DNA of 64,000 nt from Amoebidium appalachense (lineage: Eukaryota > Protista > Ichthyosporea), in assembly GCA_963693365.1 (NCBI GenBank), contig CAVNZM010000001.1:20468125-20532124 (forward strand), given 5' to 3'. This document shows, in pieces, positions 1-38,517 of the stretch. The translations under genes were made by a program, and so were the position numbers. The stretch's first letter is position 1, and every line of letters starts with the position of its first letter. The notes beneath the pieces are model-generated. The model worked only from the letters and a program-made list of their open reading frames with translations, searched no databases and had not been told where the DNA came from.

Positions 1-441
1 AAATTGGACATGGTCTGAACCGTGCCCCTGTCTAGGCGTGCCTATGGGTGTGTTTGGATGTTGCTGACTGCTCCTGGCAGTGCTTGCGGGGCAAAATCCT
101 TCGGTTGTCTTTTTGAAACACCTGTCTTTGGCATGAGATACAAGCTTGGCCACCCCACCCCCCACCCACCCCCCACCCCCCACCCCCCCTTAACCAACCA
201 ACCACCATCACCCCCCCTTTTTTTTTTAACCAACTAACCAACCACCACCAACCCACTCATCCATTCCTCCCTCCCCCCCCCCCCCCCCCCCCCCCTTTTC
301 TCTCCCTCCCCCATACACACACATGCACAACACACCCATGCCGGCACTTGCACACACACACACACGCACACACACACACAAATACACACGCGCGTGCGCG
401 CGCGCGCACACACACACACACTCACTCACACTCACACGCAG

Positions 442-597
442 AGGCGGCCAACTGTGTTCTTCCCCTTCCATACGCCGCACCTTGGGCTGCGTCTGTCACG
501 CATGTCATCGGCCATGTCTACACCCTCTCTCAGCACCCTCCCACGCATGTCAGAAGAAGAAATAGCAACCTCGGCACCAGTAGACTCAAAGGTGTGA
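442..597 (+). CDS. Probable terminal coding exon of an upstream gene that starts before the window; unknown protein ending in -DSKV
   Basis: CAG acceptor at 439-441 directly after a (CA)n tract. Open frame RRPTVFFPFHTPHLGLRLSRMSSAMSTPSLSTLPRMSEEEIATSAPVDSKV to TGA at 595-597, followed by AT-richer UTR-like sequence. No family recognised. Confidence 0.5.
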   Translation, partial: RRPTVFFPFHTPHLGLRLSRMSSAMSTPSLSTLPRMSEEEIATSAPVDSKV

Positions 598-1027
598 GGA
601 TGTGCACGCGTGTGTGTGTGGTTTTTGCTTGTTCCCTGAATTTTGTATTGTCGGCTCGTAATACATGCGCGAAGAAATGGTACCCAGCTGTGACTAAGGC
701 TCTAGTTATATCGGTAGAAAACGATATGTAATCAATGATAGTATAATGAGGAGCAATATATGCGCTAGTTATGAAGCAACGCGGAGAGATTTAGCCGGCA
801 AGGCTGTTTCCTTTCTCTGTCATTCTGGATCAGGACTTTAGGGTATTTGTGATGTTTGTCATTTTTCTGTTACAGCAGTATAACTTCGATAGAGATGCTT
901 AGGATTGCCGTATAACGTACACCACATAGAGTCTCTGTTTGTCCAGACTAAGAGCTGGGTGCCCCCTATTGATGAATTTGCATGTATGTTAAGAGTGGAA
1001 TGATTGGTGCCACGAAAGAGGGGGAGG

Positions 1028-1065
<38 letters not shown>

Positions 1066-2089
1066 TAGATTGGCGAGAGTAAGAGATGGAGGTCGGGCAC
1101 GCTGACAGGTATCTCATGGACACAAAAGCATAGTTTTAGCGTTAGCTTATATTACATAGAACGAAAAGAAGTGTCACGGTCATAGTTAGATCTAGCTAAT
1201 AATGTTTAGTCTCTCTTCGTATTTAGTGGTACGGTAGCCTGTGTCTCGAAATAACGGACGTAGTAAAAAGCACCCGGCAATAAGGGTAGCACGCATATAA
1301 TTGAGAACCTGTTGCGGGTTCTGTAAACCAATATAGGCTATATTAAGCGCCGATGTCAAGAAAATAAGGCGTGTTTTTGCATCTGGCTTGATCGCTGTAC
1401 AATACCACGGGAATTGGACAACAATGGCCAAGAACATCCTGACAAAGCTGCCAGCAAGTGGATCCGGCTGCAAAGCCCAACCAGGGAGCCTTCTGCATGC
1501 ACTGCCGTGGCTAGTGCGCTCATAAACATGCATGTGTACATGTACCAATTGCAACATAATCCGTTCAGTATCAATGAACTTCTTGTCTGCATGCGGCATT
1601 GTGCATTCATTCTGCGACTTCAGGATGAGCATCATATAGGTATGTATATATACAAGTAGGAGACTCGGCGAAGGCTTCAATCATGGAACTGACGCCATAA
1701 TATGCAGCTGGGCTAGAACACTGAAGAATGCCATATTGGGTTGAAAATACGGCTGTGTGGGGGGGGTTTTGAGTGGTGGTTGTGGGGAGGGGGGGGGAGG
1801 TGGAGGTTGCCTTCCGAGATTCAACCCTCTGCTGATCATGGGACACGGGTTCACGTTTTTGCCAGCCCGGCACGGTGCGCAAGTTGCATGAGCATGCTTA
1901 CACGGAAGGTTCGTGCAGTACCAGGCGCTGGTGTTGGCACGAAAGCAGCATCTGTTGAGATTGGCACTTACTAAATTTGCCTTTTAGCTGCCGTACAAAC
2001 ATAAGCCTTGTTCTATTTGTCAAGGGTTTTCACAGAAAAAGAACAGCAACCCACCCCTCTCAAAAAACGCTCAGAGTCAGAGACAGTTG

Positions 2090-2310
2090 CTGTGACAGCA
2101 CTGGTGACAGCAGTCAGAGCACCGGAATGATTGGTCCGGACAGAAAATCACTGGCCAATCAGAGCTAGTGCCCCGCGCTATTGGTTTATGGCGCACCACC
2201 AAGCGCACTTTTGCAGCAAGCACCAGCCGAATATGGAAGGTACTTTGATTGGTTTATAGCTAGAACAAAATACACAGGTTTTTAATTGCAAGTTTTGATT
2301 GGTGTTTAAT
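2090..2310. promoter_or_regulatory. Putative promoter of the RhoGEF-RhoGAP gene: CCAAT-box cluster plus GTGACAG motifs
   Basis: GATTGG 2129-2134, CCAATC 2155-2160, further ATTGG near 2180, 2248 and 2298. GTGACAG at 2092-2098 and 2104-2110. Lies ~0.5 kb upstream of ATG 2778. Confidence 0.4.
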
Positions 2311-2777
2311 AGTTTTATATAATAGATGTTTTGTTATCATGTATCCGTATGTTGCAGTTGTTTGAGAGTGCGTCTTCCGCCCAATTTGACTGTGTTGCAA
2401 CAGTATGTAGTAGGTGTGTAGAGTAGTGTGTAGAGTACCTTCACCGGCAGTTTAGGTACGGCGTATAACACAGGTGAACATATATACAAGCGGGGGTTTT
2501 TTTAATAAAAAAATACAATGAAGATGTGTATCTAGAAGCTTTGAACCTCAGAAAGGTTGTAGCACTCGCGTTACTCGTGTAGCATCAAGCCGTCAGGACG
2601 ATTTGTGCCGTCGGCAAGAACAGATCTAAAAGCCGTCCGGTTCATAATGCATGCGCAGGCACACTAAGCGGACAGCATCTATGTATGGCATGCTGAGTGA
2701 TCTAAACGTAAAAAGGTGCATTCGTCTGCGTGCCATCGTGCACACTTGGGTGACAAGGGACAACAGCGGGAGGGAGA

Positions 2778-16596
<13,819 letters not shown>

Positions 16597-16813
16597 AGGG
16601 CATAGTGCTCGTGAATTAGTGGTTGTTTTTGGGTAGAAAGGTCGAATTCGAAATGAAAAGTTTCGACAGTTAGAATACACCGAGTATATGTAATGTGATG
16701 ATGCGTATGATTTGAAAGACCTTGTGGTCTGCAGAAGTGAAAGTGAAAGGGTTTTGGCTGATGGGTAATCGTTTATAGGGAGGTGGCCAGGTTGCTTGGC
16801 TGGGGGGTGAGCA

Positions 16814-16889
<76 letters not shown>

Positions 16890-17716
16890 TGTTCTGGGAA
16901 ACGCAGTACCATGGCCACACTCCTCGGCTTTTTGCTTTCGTCCACCTGAATTCCCTGCTAACTTCATATCCCCCCCCTCCCCCCCCCCCCCCCTCTTACT
17001 AGTTTTGATACCGATTGGAAGCTCGGAATAGGGAGGAACGATAGTAGTTAGAGTAGCGTGCTAAAATAATAGTTTTTTTTTTTTTTTTCTGTCTCAAACT
17101 TTCCCAGCTTTTGCTTCTAAACGTTTTGGTTCTTCTAATTCCCCTTGTTTGCTTCTTTTCCCTATTTTTTTTTTGATAAGATAAAGGGGGGGTTTTAAGG
17201 TCCATGGCATCCAAGACATGTCGAAGAGAGCAAGTATAGTTTAAGGGGCCAATGATACGGCCATGTTACATCTGTAATGCGATGGATGTAGGCAGCTGGC
17301 ATGCACACTAACACCATGGGCTGTGTATCTGGCACAGCCAAATGATCACATACGTTCAATTACTTTGGCCTTAGCAAAACACCTTGCCATTGGCTGACCA
17401 GCTTATAAAAAAAGGTCGCATATCCCTATGTAGTTATTTATAATCGAGTCCTTCATCATTACCAGTATCTTAATCAAAATTAAAAGGTGTATATGGGTCT
17501 GGGGGTTCATACCACTAGTACATTCAACAGAATAGTATCATTCACGAACAGCTAGCTACGGTCGATGGAGTATTTCTCGGTATTACTGCTATCTATAGAC
17601 ATAATGTGTTGCTACATAAGGCATTCATAATACTTGCATCATAAGTAATGACTATGCACATGGCTTTTGATGCAAAACAACAAGAGATCCTATTACATTT
17701 CTAAGCTTTAGGAAAA

Positions 17717-17769
<53 letters not shown>

Positions 17770-17949
17770 GCTATCACATGTTGTCCATGTATCGGATAAG
17801 CAGCGCATGGATTTCTGTGGATGTGTGTTGTGCATGTTTGATCAACTGGGACAATGGGGCCGAAGATGGGTGCATATGTTCACACAACACTCAAAGCCAA
17901 TCCCGGCAATGGCTGCCTGGATGCAAGTTAAGGTCATGCAAACAGTGTA

Positions 17950-18130
17950 TCCTACTCCCTGCATGCATGCACACAGTAGCCCCTACCTCCTGCATGCATG
18001 CGCACACTGCCCGCATGCACAGTGTGTGCGCTTACCTCCTACCTCTTGCGCACATGCACACAGCAGCCTCTACCTCCTGACTCATGCACACAGTAACTCC
18101 CGGCTACCTCCCGCACGCATGCACACAGTG
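17950..18130. repeat. Degenerate ~30-bp tandem repeat in the STN1 3' UTR region
   Basis: Recurrent CTACCTCC..GCATGCACACAG units, about 5 copies. Confidence 0.6.
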
Positions 18131-18132
18131 GG

Positions 18133-19450
18133 TCATTCCAGCAGCCTGTACACGTGCCTAGCAACCTCAAACAGGTCGCTGCTATCGAGCATGCCCTGGA
18201 TCGCCTGCATGATGCGCTCGCCGGGCACACGGCACAGCTCGGGCCGGCCCTTGAGGGTCTGCACTATCACGTGCCGGCTCACACCATCTGATGGACCAGG
18301 CACAGGTCAGCAAACGGACATATCCTGGATGGCTTTGGAGAGAGAACTCTATGCAGGCACATGGGCATAACATGGATGGTTTAGAGAGAGATATCTATGC
18401 AGGAACAAGGACAAAGTATGGATGGCTGTAGAGAGAAGAGGAAAGCAACTCTCTGCAGGCGGCATGGGCATGCCATGTGGTTTCATAAAGAAAGGAAAAA
18501 GACTAAACAGGAGTATGTCAGACTCCAAATCCGGAGGTTCGGAAAGCAGGGAAGCACCTAAAGAGCGTGTTCGTGCGCACGGGGGGAGGGGGGGGGGGGG
18601 GGGGGGGGGGAGGGGGGTGGGGTGGCACGTACTGCCGTTGGCAGCCTTTACGACTTGTTTGATGGCTGGGGCCAAATGGGTGTCGTGGGTAATCCTCTCA
18701 TACACATCCCTGTTGTGACAGTCGTCAAACATCCATTCCAATCTCCCCCCTTTGTCCCCCCTTCCCCCCTCTCCGCCCTTCACCCCTCCCCTCCCCCCCG
18801 GCCGTCCTCCGTTGTCACTGTTCCTTATCACCAACCCGCTGCACTTCGCCATAATAAGAACATCACCCAGCCCCTCCTCTACACACAGCACGCACACGCA
18901 CAGGCATCCGCACGCCCAAACACCCACCCACTTACCCACCCACCCACCCATCCGCCTGCCCGCCCGCCCACCCACCCACCTGCCCACACACCCACCCACC
19001 TGCCCACACACCCACCCACCTGCCACACACCCACCCACCTGCCACACACCCACATTTGCACACACCTGTCTCTGTCACGCAGCCACAGCACACCCTGCTC
19101 ACACAGGGCTGCCAGGCTGCGGCCAATCAGTGCAGCCACCCTGCCCCCCTCCACTGTGTCTGTGGCGCCCTGCACCACACATGAGAGAGAGAGTCAGCAA
19201 CAAAGGGGGAAAAAAAACCGATGGAATTCGAAAGGGGCAACATTAGACTCGTTCAACTCACCCAGACCACAGTTTGAGCACAATTTTTAGACCCTCCTCA
19301 CAAGTAAAGTAGCCATTTGTCATTCAACACAAAAAGCTTCACTATTGCTAATCAAACAAAAAAAAGGAAAACAACGATCACAGAGCGTAAATAAAACATT
19401 GGAACGAAGGTGCAGGAATGGGGACAAATATGACATGAAGTTGCCAATGC

Positions 19451-19484
<34 letters not shown>

Positions 19485-22400
19485 TTTGCCACACCTTATT
19501 CAAGGACATGGCCCCAACCAAACCTCGATGCACAAAAGCACTGCCCCCACCGTGCCCCCACAGTCACCAGCTCTGTGCTTTTTGTGCAGTGGGGAGGTAA
19601 AGTGAGGGCAGAAGCAGCACCTTTGAAAGGACATTAGCTGCCAGGGTCTGTAGTGTCGGGGGAGGCGCTTAGGGCACTAAACTCGATAGTGTCAAGGCCC
19701 TCGGAGGAGAGGAACTGCGCCAAAAACGAGGTGAAGTCGGCCTCGGTCGTCTGTATGCACCAACAAAGGCATTGAGTCAAGATTCAGCGTTAAAAAGGAC
19801 GGGAAGTTGGGGGGGGGGGGGAGGGGGGAGTGGAGCATCTCAATAAGACATGGTGAGCAGCAAATGCATATACGACCACAATTCAGCACACAGTTATACA
19901 CACAACACCCACACCACCATGCACGTGCACACACCCAGACACTCACCTGCACGTCGCCACCCTCCTCATGCATCCTCCTCCTCTGTGCTACCCCACCGCC
20001 CAGAGACTCCGCTTCCCAGTCAACCTTTCTCTTCCCTCCCTCTGCCCTGCAAAAAAAAAGGAAGTGAGCCATCTCCCCTTTATCCTTTCCCCCATAAATC
20101 CCTCCTTCTCTTCCCCCCCCCCCCAACCACAACCACCACCACCTAAGGCCACCCCTTGGACCCATAAGCTCATGTTCACAGGGCCTAAGGGAAGGCCATG
20201 CAGTCCGAAAGGATCTGCTAACAGCACCAAATGACTCAAGCCACACACACACACAGTGTGTGAGGGGATAAGCAAAAAAAAAAGGGGGGGAAGAGGGGGG
20301 GGGGGGGGGGGGGGGGTAGGGACCCCTACCAGTCCAGTGCTGCCGGGTCAGGGACAAAAGGTTGGTTGTAGAGGGTGTGCTTTAAGTGGGCCACCTCCAG
20401 CCACCACAGGGCCTCGGCATTGACATCCCTCTCCTCCTCTGTCCACAAGCTCAGTTAAAGAATGCCCATGTATACCAAAGATAACTGGGTACCCTCTGCC
20501 CTGCTGCATATTTGAACCCACGTGCTGCAAACACATCCATTTCTATCCCTCTCGTTCGTCACCTACTCTTCCCCCCCCTCCCCCCCCCCCCCCCTCCCCC
20601 CCCCCAAAAAAGGTTCTTCATTATCATCTCTCACCAAACAGCATCATATCATTCTCAACACGCCCACCCTCCTCTTATATCCCTCTCCACATCTCCCGCT
20701 TAAACTTTCCACTACCTCCCCCCCCCCCCCTTCCCCTCCGCCCCTCTCCCCCCCCCCCCCCCCCCACCCTTCCCCTCTCCCCTTCCCCCCACTCCCCCCC
20801 CCCCCTCCCCCAAAGTGACCCCACTGACCCATATCGTAGACGGTGACCTGGTGCACCTGTCTGAATGACGTCACCTTCCCCCTCAGGCGCACACACGTGC
20901 CCAGCTCCATGGGCCGTGGGGCCTCTCCGTCGTTGTTGGCCCACACCACACACGACACAACGCCCGTGCCATCGTCCACTGCATGCAAATGCTTTGTAAG
21001 GAGGCGTTAGGGGGCATGGATGTGTGTGTGTGTGTGTGCATGCGTAGGTGTGGGTTTATAAAGGTGTGTGTGCATGTGTGCGTGTGTGAATGTGGGTCCC
21101 AATCCGGTGTTGTGTGTGCATACACGTGCGCGCATGCATGTCAGCCTGAACAGGGTTGTGTAATGTATCTGCCCATGCTCTGTGGCATCTTGTTTCTGGA
21201 TCCTCTACGACAAACCGATTTCTGTCTTTTGTGCCGCCCAATCTTACAAATGTCCGTAAATGGCCCCATCTTACAAATGTCCGTAAGTGTTCACTTTGAA
21301 CACGGGTAAATGGTGGTAGGTGCAGGGGGTGGAGGTGCGAGGGGAAAGGGAATAGAGGGGTGGTTGGTTGCATTGAGATCATTAGACGGGACATGAGAGG
21401 TGGTGCTGTGTGCGTGCGAATGTGTCTCTCTCTTTTTTTTTCTCTTTTTTTTGGGGGGGGGGCGGAGAGGGGGGGGGGGGGGGGGAACCTAGCATGAAGC
21501 CCAAGCTCTAACATGTTCCCTGCGACAAGCACACTGCCCCAGTCCTTGCACCTGTGGCCATGTATGCCACCAGCCCAACACGTTGTACCCCTTGTACGAG
21601 CCAAAGTGCCTTTACGTAAACTCCCCCCCCCCCCCCTCCCCACGCACACACACAGCAATTAAAATGATATAAACAAAACAAAACAAAAAAACGCACTTCC
21701 CTTGAGGGTTCCCACCTAAACACACCTAAGCCATCCCTATCTCCATTTCATGTTCTCCTCTTCCTCATGCGTGTTCATCCCAACGTGACAACATAGACGA
21801 CATAATAAAATGAAACCATACATGGGCATACCCAGCCAACACATCACCATATGCGGCCATGTCATCTCCGTGGCAACATATGACCATGTAAGGGAAACCC
21901 TACAACTATAGCATATGACCATAAATGGGCATACCCACCGTGGTAGCTAGTTAGGCGGCTGCGCACATCCACGCTGACCACAAACCCAAGCAGCTCCACA
22001 CGTACGATGGGGTGGTTGCCGTACAGAAATGTGTCTGCGTGGTGGTGGTGGTGGTGGGCGGGGCGGGGGGGGGGAGCAGAGGATTGAGGCTTCGTGCATA
22101 CAAGAACATCTTGTATGTGCAATATCTGTAGCGAAAAAGGCACGCATAGCATTCGAAGGCATGATAGCTCAAGCATTTGTGTTGACGTCTACCGTGCTGC
22201 AAAATGCAAAAATGTGTGTATGAGCATGTGTGCACAAGTAAACGTGTGTGTGTGTACTATGAAGTACAGGTGTGCGCAGTTGCAGTGTGTGTGGGTTTGT
22301 TGCTCTTCCTGTGGAAGAAAACGGTGCTTTATACGTTCATGATGGCAGTATTAGGCAGGTGTTTCAAAGGGGCAGGGCGATCCAAACATCTCAACAGTAC

Positions 22401-22969
22401 CAGCCTAGGCCGGGAAACGGGATGTGCAACGGTTGATCACAGGACAAACGACGAAAATCGGCACCAAGAACTGCAAAAAAGGTTCACCCAGAGGCAAAGT
22501 GGGCATCAGGAAGAGACATATGAGTGTGTGTGTGTGGTGGTGGCGGTTGGGGGGGCGGGGAGGGAGGGGGCTGCTGGGGGAGGTTGGGGGGAGGGGGGGG
22601 GGGGGGGAGGGGGTCGAGCTATCGTGGCGAGACACAAGAAAAAATGCACTGAGGGGCTAAGTAGGGACGCAAGACACGAGAGGGGGAGATAGGGGAAAGA
22701 GAAGGCGATAGGGATATACCAAAAAGGGGGAGAGGAAAAAAGGGGGGGGGGGGGGGGGGGGAGGTGGGGGAGGAAGAGGGAAAGGAAGAGGGAGAGGGAG
22801 AGGGAGAGGAAGAGAGAGAGAGAGAGGGAGGGAGGGAGGGAGGAAGGGAGAGAGGGAGGGAGAGGGGGAGAGAGGGAGAGAGAGAGGAAGAGAAAGAGAA
22901 AGGGGGGGAGAGGGGGCGCGGGAGACCGGGGGGGGGGGGGGGGAGGGAGGGGGGCGGCGGCGGCGGCGG

Positions 22970-23004
<35 letters not shown>

Positions 23005-23011
23005 GAGAGAG

Positions 23012-23089
<78 letters not shown>

Positions 23090-23237
23090 GTAGAGGCAGG
23101 CCGAATGACTGTTTCATATGCAGACAAAGCCGGTAGGCGGGCGGGAGGTGGGGAGGTGAGAAGAGGGGAGGGGGGTGGGGGAGGCAAGATGCGGAGGGAA
23201 TCGAGGGATGCAGTGGTGCACAGAGACGGGAGAGAGA

Positions 23238-23278
<41 letters not shown>

Positions 23279-23394
23279 CCTGGAAGGTCTGGGTGCTGGG
23301 CCAGGGCCAGAACGTCGGCCACATAGAGTTTAGCGTGGACCCAAAACACAGGGTCTAGGCCCCACAACTGCACCCCGTACAGCGGTCCGGGCAT
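18133..23394 (-). CDS. STN1: CST complex subunit STN1 (OB fold + two winged-helix domains), 9 exons; apparent +1 frameshift in exon 6
   Basis: Exons (minus): 23394-23280, 22034-21939, 20978-20829, 20438-20330, 20046-19947, 19750-19621, 19169-19066, 18709-18633, 18287-18133. Diagnostic peptides: LWGLDPVFWVHAKLYVADVL, FLYGNHPIVRVELLGFVV, VDDGTGVVSCVVW, ELGTCVRLRGKV, DVNAEALWWLEV..LYNQPF, and C-terminal QAIQGMLDSSDLFEVARHVYRLLE*. Exon 6 is 130 nt between two phase-0 junctions. Confidence 0.9.
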
Positions 23395-23789
23395 AGTATC
23401 AGTAGTTGCCGCTAACGACTACACCATAGCTGCTTTTGTGAAGCAACAGGATTCTAGAAGACCTTCAAACTTGATTAGTTCAAAGTCTTATGGGTCTGCT
23501 CTTTGTCTTTTTACAGTCATGGCTCAAAAATAAAGTCGTGCTGTCAGTCGATGGTAGGTAGGATGGTAGGTGCGCATATGTAGAGAGGATGATGAAAACC
23601 TCGAAAAGCAAGCGCAGGTCACGGAGCACGGCCCTCGCAGGTCGGAGTCTCGGAGAGTGCTCACTGCGGATGTTGTGTCACTGCCCTGGGTTAGATGCTG
23701 CGGATTGGACAAGCGGGTATCGCAGGTCTGCCAATCAAACGCATCGATGGATTTTAGGTTATCCAATCGTCACAGTTTAAGTGACAGTT

Positions 23790-24928
23790 ATCACAGCCTC
23801 AGGCAAGCCCGAAAATTCGGATTTTTTTCTTGGTATTTTTTCAAGCCCCGGAGTATTTTTGCCTGGGGTGTATGGTATTTTTCATCCCCAGTCAAAGGGG
23901 GATGAAGGGGGGTTCTCGGTTTTATTGATCCGTTGATGAAGGCAACGTGCAGCCATAGGCTACATAACCACGAATAGAACTGAAAAAGCCAAAGCTACGA
24001 AATAAAAATAAAGCGACAAGTGACAAAGGACACCAGCGGGCAAAACCTTAAGTGTATACGTACATGTATGCGTGAAACTAGTTTGCGTTAACTAGCCATA
24101 TGCATCGATGTTGACCAGACCACACTCCGCAAGAAGACATCATTACCGCTGCTTCCCAACAACAGGCCCCCGGGCCCCTCAAAACCTACCGAGGCACAGC
24201 AAGCACGTCAGCCTCTAAAAGAGCAATGCAGACCAAATCTGAGCTAAAAAACAATCCCAACGGGCCCGGCCCCTAGATAACCCAGAGAAACTGCATCTAG
24301 CTCTCTGATAAGGTGGCCTAGTTGTGGCAGGACACACAGAAAAACACAATTACAGAATGCATGCAAGCAAACCCGGTCACTGCCACACGACTGGAGGCTA
24401 AGGACTGGCAGTCACTTGGAAAGCCCCCCGACGACCAAGTAGCCACCCCTCCACTCACGCAGCGCAGAAGTAGCTGAAGAAGTTGCAGCAGCCCACCGCC
24501 AATAGGTCGCGTAGAAACGTAGACAGCGTGTAGAAGTTACCATAGGTTGCAGTGGACCACCAGGCGTTGAAGAAACCACTTCTCAAGCGAGAAACTCTGC
24601 GAAAGGGAGTTGTTGCCCCCACACTCGAGCTCTCACAGCAGTAGGCCTAGGAATACACCAGGCCACACCACACAACGCTGCAGTCACGTTCCCCTGAGTG
24701 GGACTCCCTCCCACCACAAAAAGAAGAAACGAAAGCCTTTATATACCTGCCATGGTGAAGAATCGGGAAAAAAAGTTGACGTGACAGCTAAGAGATCGAA
24801 GTGAAAGTGAAGTCCATGAAACTTGCGGCTTACCATAAACTGAAAATTTGATGGTATTTTCGAAACGTTTTGGGTATTTTTTACCGTAAAAACGGGGTTA
24901 TGGTCGGGCGGCTCGGGCCTGATCACAG
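23790..24928. mobile_element. Possible degenerate non-autonomous DNA transposon in the STN1/MARK divergent intergenic region
   Basis: Imperfect inverted ends CAGGCAAGCCCG (23800) and CTCGGGCCTG (to 24921). ATCACAG direct repeat at 23790-23796 and 24922-24928, offset by 3 nt on the left. Clustered GGTATTTT motifs near both ends. No transposase ORF. Confidence 0.25.
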
Positions 24929-25821
24929 GAATGTGCCGGGTCCCGCAGCCGGGAATGGTATTCCCATTACAAAGTTTGCCAGGCCAAAAACGCTCGAATT
25001 GACGGCTGCTTTGAGGTCATTAAATGAGTGTAGATTATGTGAAAATCTAAGCTTCATTTAAAAATAGGTTTTTTTAATAAATATAAATACGTCAACTTTG
25101 ATGATATCCAGCTTTGGATGCGGTGCCGTTGGAGCCAATCGTGGGGAGCCTCCAAGCAACCAATCATGACTCGATGATGGCGTCAACAAGTCCCGTACAA
25201 TGTACGTGCACAACAGGCCCTACAAAAATGTCGCCATAGTGGGCACGTGCACAAAAACTGCGTTTCTTTTTCATGAAACACCACAACTTCCCAAATAGCC
25301 GATATCGCGGGAATCGCAGTCTAATTCCGTTAGCACGCTCGCCTGTCTGTTTCACTCCTAGGCCCTTTTTCACGTTTCACGTTTCAATTCACGTGCACTC
25401 GCACGTTTCTCGTTTCGCACATTTCACGTTTTTCTTTTTTCTGTTCCATTAGAGGGCACGTAGGCAAAAGTTTGCTCTTTGTGTGTAAGAAGCGAATCGT
25501 ATGGTTTCACATTCACATCTCCATTCACAGTTTTCAACCAAGTGTCACAACTAATGTTCAGCAGCCTGTGCAAGTGAGTAAAGACATCATTTCTTGTCTG
25601 AAGAGAACAGAGGAAGACTGCCATTGAATCGAAGGAGGGACTTCGTTTTTTGTGTTAAAAGCCAGTTACACTTTCGTCTGAGGCTTGTCTTTGACTTTGA
25701 TGACGATAATACTCAAAAACGAAAAAAGGAGCATATCTGTGCCCGGTTGTGTGTAACGGTCTGAGCACACGGTATTTTTAGTGTTTTCTTCCAGATTCAA
25801 GCACATATTGCCGGCATAAAA

Positions 25822-37323
<11,502 letters not shown>

Positions 37324-37693
37324 TGGGTGAAGGCACTAGGTTTGTGAGACATGACTGTGTTTGTTTAGTTATCGTATTGTGAATCAAATGTTCCATTGTA
37401 AAGATTATCGTCCATCAAGGTTTTTTCTTCTTCTTTTTGTATGCTAGTAACTTAAGGGGTGAGATAATATGTGCAATAACAACTGCTTTGACTAGCTTTC
37501 CACATTTACAGTACAATCGATCGCTGAGGCACATTGCAACCAACAGACAGGGCTAAACATGAGTCACAATGCAACACACACAATGTGCCCGCACACACAC
37601 ATTTTAAACACACACAATGTGCCAGCACACACACATTTTAAACACACAACCACACACACGTACACACACGCGTGACACACACATGTACACATG

Positions 37694-37810
<117 letters not shown>

Positions 37811-38517
37811 CATGGATACATGGAGGCATAGCCCACGTACGCCACCCTAGTCACACATATCCTGGATGCAAACAACTACGCGCATGCGGCCGTAGAAGGG
37901 TCAGTGAGCAAAAGTCGACAAAATATATGCTTGGGTGATAAGGTCAACATGATTTCGAACTTGTAGCAACGGGCAGAATCATACACAGGCAAACAGGGCC
38001 TCCATATAATAAAGGTTGCATATGGGCTCAGTTGTACGTTTGTGCTTGATGTGGGCCACTCACTGTGTCTGGTAAGCTGTTGAAAAAATCATTAGTACTA
38101 AGTGGGAAAAGGGATATTCCAATCCCGGGTAATTACCGTAGCATACTGGGGTTACATACAGAAAGATTAGTGGGTTTGGGCTGCTGCTTTGTTGAGTATC
38201 AAACGGCGGCGGCAGGAAGTCAGACACGTGAAAGTGGCTAGAACACACTCAGCTGAGATTTCGTCACAAAGGTGTCACTAGTTTATTACCAGTATAAGTT
38301 ACTTGAGGTTGCCCAAGTTGTGGCCAGGCCACAAAGACCCCCCCTTCCATGAAGGCGCTAACCTCGTTACATGGCATGATCATATCTAGGAACTGGGGGA
38401 AGAGATGCCCCCGGGGGTAGGGTGGGGGTGGGGTGGGGGCGGGGGGAGAGGAAGTCTGATGGTATATGTCACGAGGCACTGAGGACTATCGTTGAAGGGG
38501 AGGAAGAGGAGCCTTAG

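Noticed and set aside
442-591. Exon 442-591 as first part of the RhoGEF-RhoGAP gene
   Set aside because: It would end in phase 0 while exon 3150 needs phase 1. ATG 2778 has an in-frame upstream stop (2751) and its own CCAAT cluster.
1192-1680. 162-aa minus-strand ORF and overlapping short ORFs in the first intergenic region
   Set aside because: No recognisable motifs or consistent splice structure.
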